Source: Octopus sinensis (lineage: Eukaryota). Taken from it: a DNA stretch of 64,000 bases. Below, piece after piece: positions 27,002 through 41,814 of this stretch. The stretch is taken from NCBI RefSeq assembly GCF_006345805.1, contig NC_042998.1, forward strand, positions 160,518,001 to 160,582,000, given 5' to 3'. The position numbers and the translations under genes are program-made. Under the pieces are notes generated by a model that did not search any database, was not told where the DNA came from, and was given only the letters and a program-made list of their open reading frames with translations. Within the stretch, counting starts at the first letter, position 1. Every line of letters begins with the position of its first letter.

Positions 27002-27180
27002 ATATATACACATATACGATGGGCTTCTTTTAGTTTCCATCCACCAAATCCACTCACAAGGCTTTGGTTGGCCCGAGGCTATAGTAGAAGACAATTGCCC
27101 AAAGTACCACGCAGTTGGAATGAACCTGGAACCATGTGGTTGGCAAGCAAGCTACTTACCACACAGCCACTCCTGCACCT
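26535..27180 (-). mobile_element. Family A SINE with its 3' part locally duplicated
   Basis: Complete reverse-complement head at about 27020-27180; the tail segment occurs twice. Confidence 0.9.
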
Positions 27181-28461
27181 ACATATACATACTTTTTCTT
27201 TTGATGGCCACTATACCACCATGAACTGGGTGCATATTATTATTCTACCAGCATTAATAAGGTTTAGGAGCAAAGTATCTCCACTCCGCTCTCTCTCTCT
27301 CTCAGTTTTTATTCAGAATTACTGCTCTTCCAGATAGTTGTTTTCACTGTCACATGTGGAATTTATTTCTCCATGTCTTCTTATCATTTTGGCAAGGCTT
27401 ATAATGGCTTGATACTCTCCCTTGGGTGACCCTTTCACAGCATGCACTGGATGCCTTTTAAGTTTACTAATAACTCTTGTCATATTACATGAATAGACTG
27501 GTCTTCACATCACCAGACACAGAACTACAACCAGATTGTATATACAGAACTTATAAGTGTTTGAACATTGTGATACGCAGAAGATATCAATATAGTATTT
27601 AACTTGTACTCAAATGGTCTATAGATTTATAGACATCAAGAAAATGGTGCCAAATTAATTGATTGTAATTGATAAAGTTAAATATACTCTTCTATATCCA
27701 ATAATAATAATAAAAAAAAGTCATTCCTTTGAGTCTTTTCAATGATTCTATTAACTGTCATATTTGTCTCCTTTTTCACTAAAGAGCTCTTTAGCAACAA
27801 TCAATTCAATTTTACCATCAAAACAAATTGCATCATCTTGCTTCCTTCTTTTTCTCTTTTAACCATATTTGCTTTCTCTATTCCATCAATTTCTACTTCT
27901 TTTCCTTATGTTCTTATCTTCATCTTTCTATCACAAATACTTGTCTTTTTGACAATAATAATGGAATATAATATACCTTTTTCTTTATGAAAATTTTGTG
28001 ATTAAGTGTTGAAATCAATTGTGTTTTTTTTCTATTTTTTATTTTTTTGTCATATGTATCTACTACATATAAGCTAGTTGTCACTAAGAATTGATTTTTA
28101 AGAAAATGTGTATGTGTGTATGTGTGAAAGCATAGCTGGAATAACATAATTAGTAGTGTTGAACTAAATGACTATGGTTGGTGAAGTGCATGCATGATGC
28201 AGGCATTGTTTCTGGTTCAATCCTACTAGACATTCTGGGCAAGTGTCTTCTGCTGTAGCCTTAGGCCAACCAATGGCTAGTGAATGGAATCGGTAGAACG
28301 AAACTGCAAGAAGCTTGTTGTATGTGTTTGTATATATACATGTGTGTGTCTGTGTGGACAAACATACATATATCTACAACCCATGCATTCAATAACATTA
28401 AATGCAACTGAGAATGATGCACATTGAAGGTGAAACAGTGTCCCAGTTATTTTTGAGAAAC

Positions 28462-29670
28462 ATATCATCATCATCATCATCGTTTAATGTCCGTTTTCCG
28501 CGCTAGCATGGGTTGGATGGTTAGACCGGGGTCTGGGAAGCCAGGGGCTGCACCAGGCTCCAGTCTGATCTGGCAGAGTTTCTACAGCTGGATGCCCTTT
28601 CTAACGCCAACCACTCCGCGAGTGTAGTGGGTGGTTTTTACGTGCCACCTGCACAGGTGCCAGGGGAGTCCGGCATCGGCCACGATCGGTTGGTGCTTTT
28701 AACGTGCCACCGGCACGGAAGCCAGCCAAGGCGGTGCTGGCATCGGCCACATTCGGATGGTGCTTTTTATGTGCCACCGGCACTGGAGCCAGTCGAGGCG
28801 GCGCTGGCATCGGCCACGTTCGGATGGTGCTTTTTATGTGCCACCGGCACAGAAGCCAGTCGAGGCGGGGCTGGCAATGGCCACGTTCGGATGGTGCTTT
28901 TTATGTGCCACCAGCACAGGCATCACAACTACTATTTCCATTGATATTTATTTCGATGTTCATGTACTTGACTCAATAGGTCTCCTCAAGCACAGCAGGA
29001 TGTTCTGGAATCCAAGGTACTTTGAATGGGCAGGGGCTATATGGAACTGGTGCAGGAAGCAGCCCCGGTCTTTGCAGTCACAGCATATCTCCAGAGATCT
29101 CGGTCCTTCGCCATTGCCTCAGTGAGGCCCAACGCTCTGAGGTCATGCTTGACTACCTCATCCCATGTCTTCCTGGGTCTACCTCTCCCCCTGATACCTT
29201 CAACTGTTTGGTAGTGGCACTTCTTCACACATCTCTCCTCATCCATCCGCAGTACATGACCATACCATCGCAAGCGTTGCTCTTGCACACCACATCTGAT
29301 GCTTCTTATGTCCAGCATTTCTCTCAGGGTGCTTACCCTCTGTTGTGCGCACACACTGACATTACACATCCAGCCGATCATGCTAGCTTCATTCCTTTCA
29401 AGTCTACGCATGTCCTCTGCAGTCACAGCCCATGTTTCACTACCGTGAAGCATGGCAGTTCGCACACATGCGTCATACAATCTACCTTTCACTTTGAGTG
29501 AGAGACCCTTTGTCGCCAGTAGGGGTAGGAGCTTTCTGAACTTTGCCCAGGCTATTCGTATTCTAGTAATGACACTCTCTGAGCATCCACCTCCACTACT
29601 AACTTGGTCACCCAGGTAGCGGAAACTATCAACTACTTCTATTTTCTTCCCCTGGAGTGTGATGGAATCT
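28462..29670 (-). mobile_element. Young 5'-truncated RTE-clade LINE (RT C-terminus, 3' UTR, (GAT)n tail)
   Basis: ORF 29037-29492 GRLYDACVRTAMLHGSETW..RLRWYGHVLRM..RGRGRPRKTWDEVV; upstream FRYLGDQV motif; CpG-rich; (CAT)n at 28462-28480. Confidence 0.95.
28632..28920. repeat. 67-bp tandem repeat (about 4.3 units) in the RTE 3' UTR
   Basis: TCGGCCAC-like anchor recurs at 28676, 28743, 28810 and 28877. Confidence 0.9.
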
Positions 29671-30460
29671 GTTAATGTGAAATTTATTTACATTTAAGTT
29701 CTATGGCTTGTTATATAAGAGGTAGATATGAATGTAACATTTTAGGCATGCATAGTTTCGTATGTAAATATGTATGTATGCATGCATTCATTCATTCATG
29801 GCAGGATACCAGAGATATTATTAAAATATATAAAAACAAAACTGTAACAAAATAAAATTATATATATATATATATCTTTTGAATACTGAAGGGACTTTTT
29901 AATTACTCTGCATATAATATTCTCTTTGTCAGTGTTGGCTAAAATGTGAATGACTATGCTTTGTAGAAGAGGTCTAATAAGACTGAAACATGCCTGAAGA
30001 TTTCCTCCACATATCTACCAAAGATCTGACTACTCTTCTCATGCATTGCTTATTTCTAATTTTAAGTCATCAAGATTGTGGCACATAAACTCATTTATGT
30101 GTATATAAACCCAATATAGAAGGATATTGTTTAGATTTATAGTTGTTGTGCTTGCATTGATTTCAGTAACATTTATTTGCCTTCAATACAGGTATAGTCT
30201 TGAGTAATTAAAGTTATCATGCTTGCTACATTAAGTGTGCTAGTGGTTTTATTTATTGTAACATCTAACGTAATATCACATTTTCTTTTTGTTTCATATA
30301 ACTCTGCTTTAATTTATATAATATAATTGCATTTTCTCTTAATGTGCAATATATATAATATGGTACAAATAAATTGTTTATTATCTTCTATATTTCATTC
30401 AGTTTCAACTTAAATTATGAACTAGTGGCACATATGAATTTGACTATATGTATGTATGTA

Positions 30461-30512
<52 letters not shown>

Positions 30513-30975
30513 TGGCATCATAAAAAATGATGTTTATTTTTATTGATAACTATTAAAGATGTTCAAATTTACTTAAAGGTCATAGTTATGAATTGTAAGC
30601 TAGATCTTTGAAGTAGAAGAATAAATGATGGCAAGAACATTTGTTGTCTCCAAAGTTTATTGGCTGTTTTCCAAAAAATGACCCAAACTTAAAGAATTCT
30701 ATAAGGTTTTCGTAAATACTAATACAACCGAATATATTGATATGTCAAAGAAATACACAAGTGTCTGTGCATCTACTACAAACATACAACCATAAAATAC
30801 ATAGGTTATGTTTGATTTAATTTCTGAGATGCTTAGAATTCTTGGACACTGCTGCCATTAAATCTTAGGGGACATTGTGTGTCAAAAGTATACTGCTGCA
30901 GCTCCTTCCATATCACGTACTCTACATACATATTAATACACACACAAACACACACACATATATAATGTATGTATG

Positions 30976-31018
<43 letters not shown>

Positions 31019-32786
31019 TATATATATACATATAGTATGAATGTATTATATGTGTGGTGTGCATTTTAAGCATTACCTGGAGCCACATAGCAGTCTATAT
31101 GATAATCATTTTGTTTATGGTTGAGAGCCTCTCAATTGAAAATATCAAATTATTTCTTACTGTCAAATGCAAAAATCTCATTTAACCAAGAACCTAAAAG
31201 CCCTCTTGTACTGGTGCAATCATATGCCAAGCAGCAACTTTGGAATTTCTCACTTTAGTAAGACAGAAAGTGATAGAGCTGCATAATACCCAGTAAGAAA
31301 ACATTGAGAGTTGTTGAAATAGTGAATATTAAATCAATATCACAGATGAATACATTGCCATCTACTTGGATATTGCAACAAGCTGAAATGTTTACAAAAC
31401 AGTTTATATATCTGTTAGGGAGTGTCACTAAACTACTTGCATCAACAACACTCTTCTTTTAAGTAAATCTAAGTGAGGGTTTCATTTTGTAGCTTTGTGG
31501 AAACAGAAAATATAAAAAATATATATACACCTAAGCCTTAATTTCTTACTTTACTCTTTCTCTCCTCTCCTCTCAATTTCTTTATCTTTTCCTCAAAAAT
31601 AAAGACCCACATGTGATATACAGTAAAATCTTTACATATATTCTTTTTTTTTTTTCTGCATATTTTGATTCCATGTATTCTAATTTTGGTTTTTGGCGAA
31701 AGTTTTTATAAATATAAAACAGACAAAATAACTATAAACCAAAATATCTATAAATGACATAAACTATTAATAATTTTTTTATTAATTTAAATCACATGGT
31801 TGTTTTCTATGTTTTTCTTGACAAAAATTAATCATAGATAATGATTTTTTTCTCATCTCTACAAGTGTATTTTTAATTCTGTAAATCTCTTATCACATTA
31901 TGCTATGACAGAGAGAGAGAGAGTGAGGAGGACATAGCATAATGTGGTTTTATATACACACACATACTGACAGATAGATAAAAATTATGCAGATAGTACA
32001 TGGAGTGAGACAAGCGAAACATGTTACTGAAAAATTAAGTAATATAAACCAAGAAAACAAAAGCAATGGCAGAAGTGTATAATGAAAATAAATAAATATA
32101 AATATGACAAGGAAGAAACAAAAGATAATCTTATTTTTCAGATGAAAGCCTCTTATCATAGAGAAGAAAATAAACTGTTGTAAAATTTAAGACATGTATT
32201 CACATGGCAGGCCTAGTGAAAAACGAAGTTGAGAAGTGCAACAGAAGGACTGGAAGAAGAAACAGCATTTGGGTTGTAGTAAGAGTAAAAGGGAAGAAAG
32301 GAGAGAGAGATTGTGTGGGAAAGAAAGGAAAAAGAATATGTGGGGGTGGAGAGAAAAAGAGAGTAGAAGGGAGCAGAAAAGGTAAAGAACAGGGGATGAA
32401 GAGAACTTATGTGAAAGGGAAAATGAAAACAGGATGTTCGCAATACTAGCGGGAAGGGAATGAACATCATCATCATCATCATCATTTAGCGTCCGTTTCC
32501 CATGCTAGCATGGGTTATGACACAAAAATTAGCTCGACTTCTAAAATTCCTTCTTGGTTTCTTTTATGAGATCCATAAGCTTGCACTGTAGTATCTAAAA
32601 AGTTACTGTTTAGATGGCCCTTTTAATATGCATACTCAATTATAAACAACATATGAATGTGTGAATAGACTGCATCATGTTTTGAACTGTAAAACCCTAA
32701 ACCTACTACTTACTAGCTTCCCATTACTGACACACTAGGGTATACACGTATGTGTGCATGCAAATGCATGTGTACACACACACATA

Positions 32787-33118
32787 CATGAGGGTCACTG
32801 AAAAGTTCATAGGCTGACCAAGATACACTCATGGAATGTAAGTAAAAGAAGTTTATTTTTCAACATAGTTTCCCTTGTGATCCATACACTTCTTCCACCA
32901 GTGTTGTAGTGCTTGGATCCCATTGGTGAAGAAGCCTTCATCCTGTTGGTCAAAAAAGTGAGGTGTGGCTGTGTGGTGAGAAGCTTGCTTCCCAACCACA
33001 TGGTTCTGGGTTCAGATCCACTGTGTGGCACCTTGGGTAAGTGTTGTCTGCTATAGCCTTAGGTCGACCAAAGCCTTGTGAGTGGATTTGGTAGATGGAA
33101 ACTGAAAATAAACCTGTC

Positions 33119-33196
<78 letters not shown>

Positions 33197-34505
33197 CTTT
33201 GTGTCTGTGTTTATCTCCCCCACCATCGCTTGATAACTGATGTTGTTATGTTTACATCCCTGTAACTTAGTGGTTCAGCAAAAATGACCAATAGTATAAG
33301 TACCATTCTTACAAAGAATAAGTCCTGGAGTTGATTTCTTTGACTAAAAGGCAGTGCTCCAGTATGACTGCAGTCAAATGACTGAAACAAATAAAAGAAC
33401 AACAGATATGAAATTATCATCATTGCAATACTGGTTCTCAACCAAGTTTTTTTTCATGTTGGGGAACAGATGATAGTCAGATGGATACAACTCAAGAGAA
33501 TAGGGGTGGGAGAATCAACCTGTTCAAAGCCACAGTCATGCACAGTAGCTATTGAGACCAAGGCCTTGTGTACTGGAGCATTATCCTGATGAAACAAGGT
33601 CCCTTTGGTTAGTTTTCCTGAGCATTTCATCTTGATACCCTTTTGTAACTGCCTCAGCAAGTTGGTATAGTACTCTCCATTGATGATGTGACCCTGTTGA
33701 AGACAGTCAATAAACACAATGCCTTTTGCATCCTAAAAAGCTAAGGCCTTCATCTTCCCTGCTGATGAAATGACCATGGCCTTCTTTGTAGCATGTGAGG
33801 AGGAATGTTTCCACTGCAGGGATTATCTCTTTGTCTCTGGCTCAAAGTGATGAAGCCAACACTCATCTTGGGTTAGGAAATATTCATGGAAACCAGTTGG
33901 ATCTGCCTCAAACAATGTCAGATTTTCCACTGATGTGATCAGCGTGGTGTGAGAAGACATGGCACCCATCAAACAGAATCCTTTATCAAACCAAGTTTAT
34001 TGTGCAGAATATTCTCAACTCTCTCATGGAATATATCTAATAGCATTGGCTATTTGATTTATAACCAATTGCCTATCATCCATCAGCATGTGGTGAACAT
34101 GACCAATGTTTTCCTTAGTGGTGGCAGTTGCAGGATACCCAGACTTTGGGTAATTTTCAAGACTCTCTGTTCCCCTCCTAAATTCAACTGTCCAATTTTT
34201 GCACTGTTGATAAAGTAGGAGTGTCATCCCCTTATGCAGCAAGGATATCAGCATGAATGTCCTTGGGGGCTAAACCATTTTTCTTCAGGAACTTGATAAC
34301 ACCATGATGCCTGATTTTGTTGATTTTCTTGAAAAGTCACTACCAGTTACTTTTAAAGTGTTTTTTGAACAGTCAGATGTCAGTTTACTTCAACAGAAAC
34401 AATGCAGTTGTTAATTAAAAGATTTGAAGTTTAATGGATACAAAATTCCACAGCTCTAGTGTTACTCCTTCATAGTAAGCCCTTGAACTTTTCAGCCCAC
34501 CCTCG
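32787..34505 (-). mobile_element. Full-length decayed mariner transposon, interrupted by a family A SINE (about 32959-33400)
   Basis: TIRs TA|CATGAGGGTCACTGAAAAGTTC and GAACTTTTCAGCCCACCCTCG|TA; transposase fragments WTVEFRRGTESLE..SG.PATATT.ENI and INGEYY..LL..L..FHQDNAPVH; multiple frameshifts. Confidence 0.92.
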
Positions 34506-34754
34506 TATTATTTAATGACTGTGTACCTAGTACAGAAAATAGGTTCACAAATGATGTACTGGGATTTTTGGCATGGTAACAGAGAATCAAAAAGCCATTT
34601 TTATCTTCTCTATTGCAATGTGATTGACTGAAGTTGTGGTGGTAAAATATTTTCATCTGGAAAATTGTGAGGTACAAAGTCACAGAATATTATAAACTGT
34701 TAATTGTTTAGACCAAAATAAAATTCCAAAGATCCATATGCTTCTTTTTTTTTT

Positions 34755-35175
34755 TATTTTTTACTTGTTTCCATCATTAGACTGTGGTCATGCTGGGGCA
34801 TTACCTTGAAGAATATTTTTTAGTTGAATGAATTGGCCCCAATACATTTTTTTTTGTATTTTTGTTAAGCCTGGTACTTATTCTCTTGGTCTCATTTTGC
34901 CAAATTGCTGTTATGGGGATGTAACCACACCAACACTGGTTGTCAAACAGTGGTGAGAGTCAAACATAGATACAAAGAGACACTCACACACACACACACA
35001 CTTATATATATCTATGATGGGCTTCATTCAGTTTCTGTCTACCAAATCCACTCACAAGGCTTTAGATAACCTGAGGCTATAGTAGAAGACTCTTGCCCAA
35101 GGTGCCATGCAGTGAGACTGAACCAAGAACCATGTGGTTGGAAAGCAAGCTTCTTACCACATAGCCATGCCTATG
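34755..35175 (-). mobile_element. Family A SINE
   Basis: Complete head, microsatellite and tail layout in reverse complement. Confidence 0.85.
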
Positions 35176-35739
35176 TCTATAGTTAAAAAAAAAATTCAAG
35201 CAAGCAGAGGTTTCAATAGCTAATAATAACATAATTTCATTGCTTAAAATTAAGACAAGTATATTTAATAGAGTCATAATGACAAAAAAGAAAGAAAATA
35301 AAACAACAAAAAAAAAAGCTATTTGCTGAAAACTTCATCCCAAATTCTAATTTGATATCAAAAACTTATTCAGAAAGCAATTCATGACAATAAAAAAATA
35401 AAAATGCCATAATTAATAAACTTACTTTATGTGTTTACTTTAGTTTGTAAATCTAGTAAACAATAAGTATATTCTTTCATATATGTGGGAATAGCAAACA
35501 CACATACGTGTAAACATTTGTGTGCATGTATGTGTTTCACACAAATTTATTCAATAAAGTGCAATATAACAATTTTCAAATGTAATTGTTTTCTTCATCT
35601 GAGATTCATAACTAAATTATTGTCTGATAGATACCATAAGAACAACTATGTCTGTACATACATATAGAGTAAATAAGTAATACAAGCAACACACCTTCTC
35701 TACTCATGCACAGTGAAAAAACCCTCCTCTGCACATTTT

Positions 35740-36094
35740 CTGTGGTTCTCAGCTGGTGTCCGTATAGATCCTAGGGGTCCATGAAAGCAAAATAGGAAAT
35801 TGGGGGTCTACAGTAGTATTTTAAAGGTCCATGAAAAGGGATCTATTGCAAGAAACAGCTAGGTTTCTTTCTCTGTTGTTTTACAAGGTTTAACATGTTT
35901 CTGACAACTGAAATATGTTCCCTCAGAGAGTACTTTTGCATACCTATGCAGGTGAATGTGAAAAAAACAAAATAGGAATTTCAAGAAAAGTATCTATAAA
36001 ACTAGCTTTTAAACATTGAATGGCTATGTGGGTCTACCAGAATAAAATAGTATTCAAAGAAGTATATAGATTAAAAAATGGTTGAGAACCACTG
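35740..36094. mobile_element. hAT (Charlie-like) MITE
   Basis: CTGTGGTTCTCAGC ... GGTTGAGAACCACTG; homologous to 2240-2538. Confidence 0.8.
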
Positions 36095-36675
36095 ATCTAG
36101 AGTGAATGGTGAGTGAGCAGATGATGAGTAGGGTTGAGAAGACCCTTTGCACTTGTCTCAATAAGGATTTGACAATCTCTCTAATACTGTTGCAATGAAA
36201 AATGAACTGTAAAATGGATGGCAAATGTGTAGAGAAAACATAGGGTTGAGAGATCTCTTTAGTCTTAACTCACTGAGAGCTTATCAGTTTCTCTCATGCT
36301 GGTACCATGAGTAAATACATCCTGTACACTCTGTAAAGTGGTTGGTGATAGGAAAGGCATTATATAAATCAGGCCAAAATGACTTGTATGAGAACCAGTC
36401 TATGTGAACAGTGACTCTCAAAGCAACTCTCAATTAGAAATCATTTGGACTATGTTGACTTGTTCAGCCCATACCACCATAGGAAGTGAACCCACAACAT
36501 TATGATTGTGAAACGTATCACCTCAACTACTCGGTCATGCACCTTCATAAGGATGATGATGAGATAGCATATTTGATGTATACTTTCTTGTACATATATG
36601 TCTGTATGTATGTATGTGTGTGTATATATATATATAATATATATATATATCTGTATGTGTGTGTTTGTGTGTGTG

Positions 36676-36707
<32 letters not shown>

Positions 36708-37453
36708 GAACCCTTGCAAAAATACATGACTGTTTACATCCAACTTCCCTCTGCTCGGTTCAAATATAACAAATCATTTATTGAAACTCTCTCTCTCTCT
36801 CTTGCTCTGTATGCATATACATAAATACACTCACACATACATACACACATACATACACACACTACACACACAACTGTGTGTGTGTTGTATGCAACTACAG
36901 CATTGTGTTTTATTACATAGAAATAAATACATGTTATATTGCATCTCCATGTGCAGAAAAATTCAACTCAGTGACTCAGAAACCAAGAAAAAATATCAAA
37001 ACAAGATTCCACAACCTGTTTATTGAAGTAAAACTACTGTTCATCATATCAGTTATGTTTGTGGTAGTAATGTGTGCTGTAGTTAAAGAAGTGCTATAGT
37101 TATTGACTTGGGGTTTCAGGAGATTTGTTTTTCCATGTATAAACAGAAAGTCAAAATGTAATCTATAATCCATTTTTTTTACTTTAGTTTTCGTGTTTGT
37201 TTTTCTTTGTTTTCTCTATCAGTGTCTTCAGTTTTTGACTGCACCCACTGTGTAAAATACCATATTCGTATTGGATTTTTTCTTTCTACTTTTGTGCCTT
37301 TTGGATGCAAGACACCCCTGGTGTTTACACCAGCTGATGACAGCCTGCTGCCAAAATAGATCAACCACATACTTCAAACTGCGAACATGGAATGGGACAA
37401 CCATTCAAACTATGTTGTTGTTTGACTGTCTGTTTCTCTCTCTCTCACTTTCC

Positions 37454-37484
<31 letters not shown>

Positions 37485-38010
37485 ATTCTTTGATGGTAAA
37501 CCTTTTAGCTTTCTCTTCTCTTTGATCCCCCTCCCCTATGCTACATCATCTCCATTTACTTGAAGCAAAAATGCTTCTTCACTACTTTAAAGTCAACAAC
37601 AACAATAATATTGATAACAATAACTTTTACTGTCTTCTTAAGTAGGGATTGGTAAAAGAGAGAGAAGTCACCTGTGAAATCAAAGTTGGTAGGTTGCTAC
37701 GTAGGTCACCAAGACAAATTTTTGTAAAACAGTTTGTCAAAAGAAGATTCAAAGAAATATATTTAATGCTTCTGCTGTTAAGAGAACATTCAAAAGGTAG
37801 TGTTATTACTTCCTTTCATTGGTGGTATTTAAATTCTAAATAACTGTACATTCTTGTTTAGATGCTCATACAGCAATATGGTCTTATTTATGTATAAATA
37901 CAAATATGAAGTTTGTCAATAGTTTCCCATTCACACATATATTGGTGCCACACACACATGGACCCAGACACGAACACACACACACATGCATGCATGCACA
38001 CACATAGAGG

Positions 38011-38042
<32 letters not shown>

Positions 38043-38583
38043 GAGAGAGAGAGAGAGGCTTTGATCGACATAAGCATATTCACATGTAGATATTTCTACA
38101 TGTTCTCTCTTATTGTTTTAAATAATATGGCTTGCTTATATTATTTATTTAACACTGGAAAAGGAGGAAACAAGGAAAGGTGGATAAACTCTTGTGTAAA
38201 AAGATTAATGTTATGAAGCAAATGAATGTTTGTGTATGCAGTTGCTCAACCTGCTAGAAATAACAGCCTCATCTTGCTCATACAACAATATATTCTCTTA
38301 GAAGGGAAGGACAAATAACATCATTCTAATTGCATTGTGTCTCATAAAACTTTTGGATAATCATATATATCTGAAGAACCTTTGATCATAGATCTTATCA
38401 ATCTTGTTTGACATGAGGCAACAAAATCAAAAGCAAAGTATATACCCTCATATACTTTTTAAAGAGAACAGTTTGTTAAATGTCTGAAGTAACATTTGGA
38501 AGCCAAAATAGCAGAGGTTAAATTTAATTTAGCATATTCAGAATTTCAGTATGATGTTAATAGGTAGTTGTTTTCATTATGTG

Positions 38584-38647
<64 letters not shown>

Positions 38648-38699
38648 TTTATATTTTTGTCTTACTTCTATTGAATGTGTGGTGTTAGTGTCATGAATG

Positions 38700-39030
38700 G
38701 TGTTGTACAGGTGAGCTGAGGGATAAACTAAGTATAAGAGGAATCAGATGTTGTATGCAAGAGAGACGACTACATTGGTATGGACATGTAATATATGTAG
38801 ATAATAACAGATGGTAAAGAATTGCCAAGAGATCCAAGAGGAAGCAAACATTGGAAGAGCAAGCCTACAGAAGACATGGAGAAAAGTGGTAAAAGCTGGT
38901 TTCTGGATAATGAACATCCTCTCAAAAGAATAGAGAGAGGAATACAACAAATAGTGAGATGTCGTGTTGGAAAAGATCTGTCCAACCTATGCAAGAATGG
39001 GAAAGAAGACATACAAGCAATCATGGTAGT
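38700..39030 (+). mobile_element. Old RTE 3' fragment
   Basis: ELRDKLSIRGIRCCMQERRLHWYGHV and PRGS..KPT.DM remnants. Confidence 0.7.
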
Positions 39031-39444
39031 GGTTGTGGTGGTGGCAGTGACAGCTATGGTACCAGTGGTGGCAGTAGTTATTGTTTTGCCATGAAGTTGC
39101 TTGTAAGAAAGACATTTTCATCATCAAAGGTTATTTACAAAGGACTTCATCATCATCATCATGCATCCATTTTTGATGCTGGTTTCAGTTTGTACCAGGT
39201 TCCAGTCTGATTTTATCTTAGTTTCTATTGTTGGATTCCCTTCCTAAAGCCAACCACTCCAAGAGTGTAGTGGGTGCCTTTTACGCGGCACTGGCACTGT
39301 CCATGATTACAATTTCAACTGGCTTGATGAGTCTTCTCAAGCAGAGCAAATTGTCAAAGGCCTCGATCACTTGTCATCACCTTTGTAAGACCCAACATCT
39401 AAAGATCATGCTTGCAATTGTCCCCATACCTTAAAAAATTGGTA

Positions 39445-39651
39445 TTACTCATTTAGTATTCAGATTACTGTCAAGTGTAATGCTTATTTATTCAAATCAA
39501 TTTGAATTATCTTGTAACTTTGAAATTTCAGTGATATTTATTTTTAGAATAATATTGTAAGCTAGGTGTGAAGCCAGATCTGGCCAGTTTGAATATAAAA
39601 CAGGTAGAATATTTGGACTAGATATGGCCAGTTTAAATGCTAAAGGGTTAA
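39445..39651. mobile_element. piggyBac-like (TTAA) MITE
   Basis: Right end AATGCTAAAGGG|TTAA; degenerate left end TTAC-TCATTTAGTATT. Confidence 0.55.
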
Positions 39652-41104
39652 AATTGAATTATCCATATTCTGTACTAGTGATGAGTGCCACTAAAGCTTA
39701 TGTCTCTATATATTTAGTTGGTGATCTTAATCTAGGTCTAGTTTAATGTCACAACCTGACCTTTGGATGCCTTTAATAGATTGTCTCAGTTGCAAGCATT
39801 CAGACCAGCTTATCATTATAATGCATAGATGTGCTATGTGTGTGTGTGTATGTGTACATATATGCATACGTACTTGCATATAAACATACATCTCCTTGTA
39901 GAACCTACATACAGCTAAAGGAACTGAGCTGATGAAGATAAAATGTTGGAATATTCTTGATAAGATATGAACCACTGACCATTAGTAAATTAAATATTTG
40001 AATGATAATAGTTTTAGTCTCTGGAAGAATGTTGTGTAAATTAGGCTCAGTTTTGTCAGTAAATAGATACACATCAATTTTTCAAAAATTTGCTGGTGAT
40101 ACTATTAACCCAACCCAAAACATTGATCTGAGTATCTTTTTCCAGTTTTGCCAGATTAGAAATAAAACAAACATATAATATACACAAAAAAAAAAAAACT
40201 CAAACCCTTTTCACTCCTTATCTACTATTTTGCGAGACAAAAACCATACAAATAGATTAGTTTTTATTGAAAAGCATTTGAACTATTATCATTTAAGTTA
40301 TATGGACTGTGTATGTTACATTGGCTAAATTGAAAAGCAGTGTAGTTTCCGTGGAAAGACTATATTACTTATGCAAGAGCAGTTACTATTGGTGATTCCA
40401 AGTTGTAAGTGGATTTCTAAGGCAAGTATTTCTGACGACGGTGAAATTATTATAAAGCCATTCTGAAGAATATAACTACTGTGTATTATTCTATTTACTT
40501 GTCCATTTTTCTTCTTAAATGATGCAGAACAATTTTTGGATTGTCTTTTATTGATGTGGCCTTTAGTCTATCTATCCACTCACTGATGTGGAATAATAAT
40601 GATGGTAATAATAATTGTAAGAATGAAAATGATGATGATGACGATGACAGTGATGATGATGACAATACCAGCAGCATAAGTGACATTAATAATAGCAACA
40701 ACAGCTTCAAGAATAATAACAATAAGAATAATGTAATCATTATCATGTCAACCATAAAAATTACAGTGAATAACAAAAATAAAACAATATTAAATATAAC
40801 AAAATAGTAAATGCAAGCTTAAGGATGATAATGATAATGAAAATAGCTGCACCAGCAGTAGTTGTAATAGTAGTAGTGGTGGTGGTGGTGGTGGTTTTAA
40901 ATTTTGGCTCAGGACCAGTGGTTTTTGATGGGAGGGGAAGTTGATTACATCAACCTCAGTACTTGACTGGTACTTATTTTATCGAGCCTGAAAGCATGAA
41001 AGACAAAGCTAACCATGACAGAATTTGAAATCAAATGTAAAGACAGGATGAAATGCCACTAAGCATTTTTGTCCTGTGTCCTAATGACTCTGTCACTTTG
41101 TTGC

Positions 41105-41318
41105 TATAATAATAATGATGATGATTATGATAATAATATTAATAATAATAATAATAATAATGGTGGTGGCAGCGGCGGCGGTGAGGAGGAAGAGGAAGGC
41201 AGCAACAACGATGACGGCTATTATTATTGTTATCACCATCACCATCATCATCATCATTATTATTATTATCATTATTATTATTATTATTATTATTATTAAT
41301 ACTACTAATAATAATTTT
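41105..41318. repeat. Compound trinucleotide microsatellite between two family B SINEs
   Basis: (AAT)(GAT)(GGT)(GGC)(GAG)(CAT)(TAT) runs; SINE B copies at about 40895-41100 and 41315-41450. Confidence 0.9.
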
Positions 41319-41814
41319 GGCACAAGCCCAGCAGTTTCAGAGAGAGGGATATGTCAATTACATTGGCCTCAGTATTCAGCTAGTATTTATTTTATTGACC
41401 CCCTAAAGAATGAAAGGTGAAGCTGACCTCAGTGGAATTTGAACTCAGAGCGCAAATACTGCTACTACTACTAATGATGATTTCTTCTATTGTCCACAAG
41501 TACCTTAGATATTGAAGACTAGTTCTGTTAAGCTAGTGGAAAATATGAAATCAAAATAAAATACAACAAAACACAGCAAACACCTAAGGTCTACAGAGCT
41601 GTGTCCAGTAGTGTAATGAAAGCGCACAATAAAAATAAGGCTACTTGGGTAAAAATAATTATAATGGTTTCAAATATTGGCACAATGCCAGCAATTTTAG
41701 GAGAAGGTCTTTAGTTAATTACATAGATTCAGTGCTCAACTGGTACTTATTTTAATGACCATATCACTAAGCATTTTGTCTGACACATTAATGATTGTGT
41801 CAGCTTGCCACCTT

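Noticed and set aside
28632-28920. Regularly spaced repeats superficially like a CRISPR array
   Set aside because: Whole 67-bp units repeat with no unique spacers; lies in a eukaryotic LINE 3' UTR.
40495-41420. Poly-Ile/Asn/His/Tyr ORFs
   Set aside because: Translations of trinucleotide microsatellites; the same applies to the many YI/HT/CV-rich ORFs in the track.
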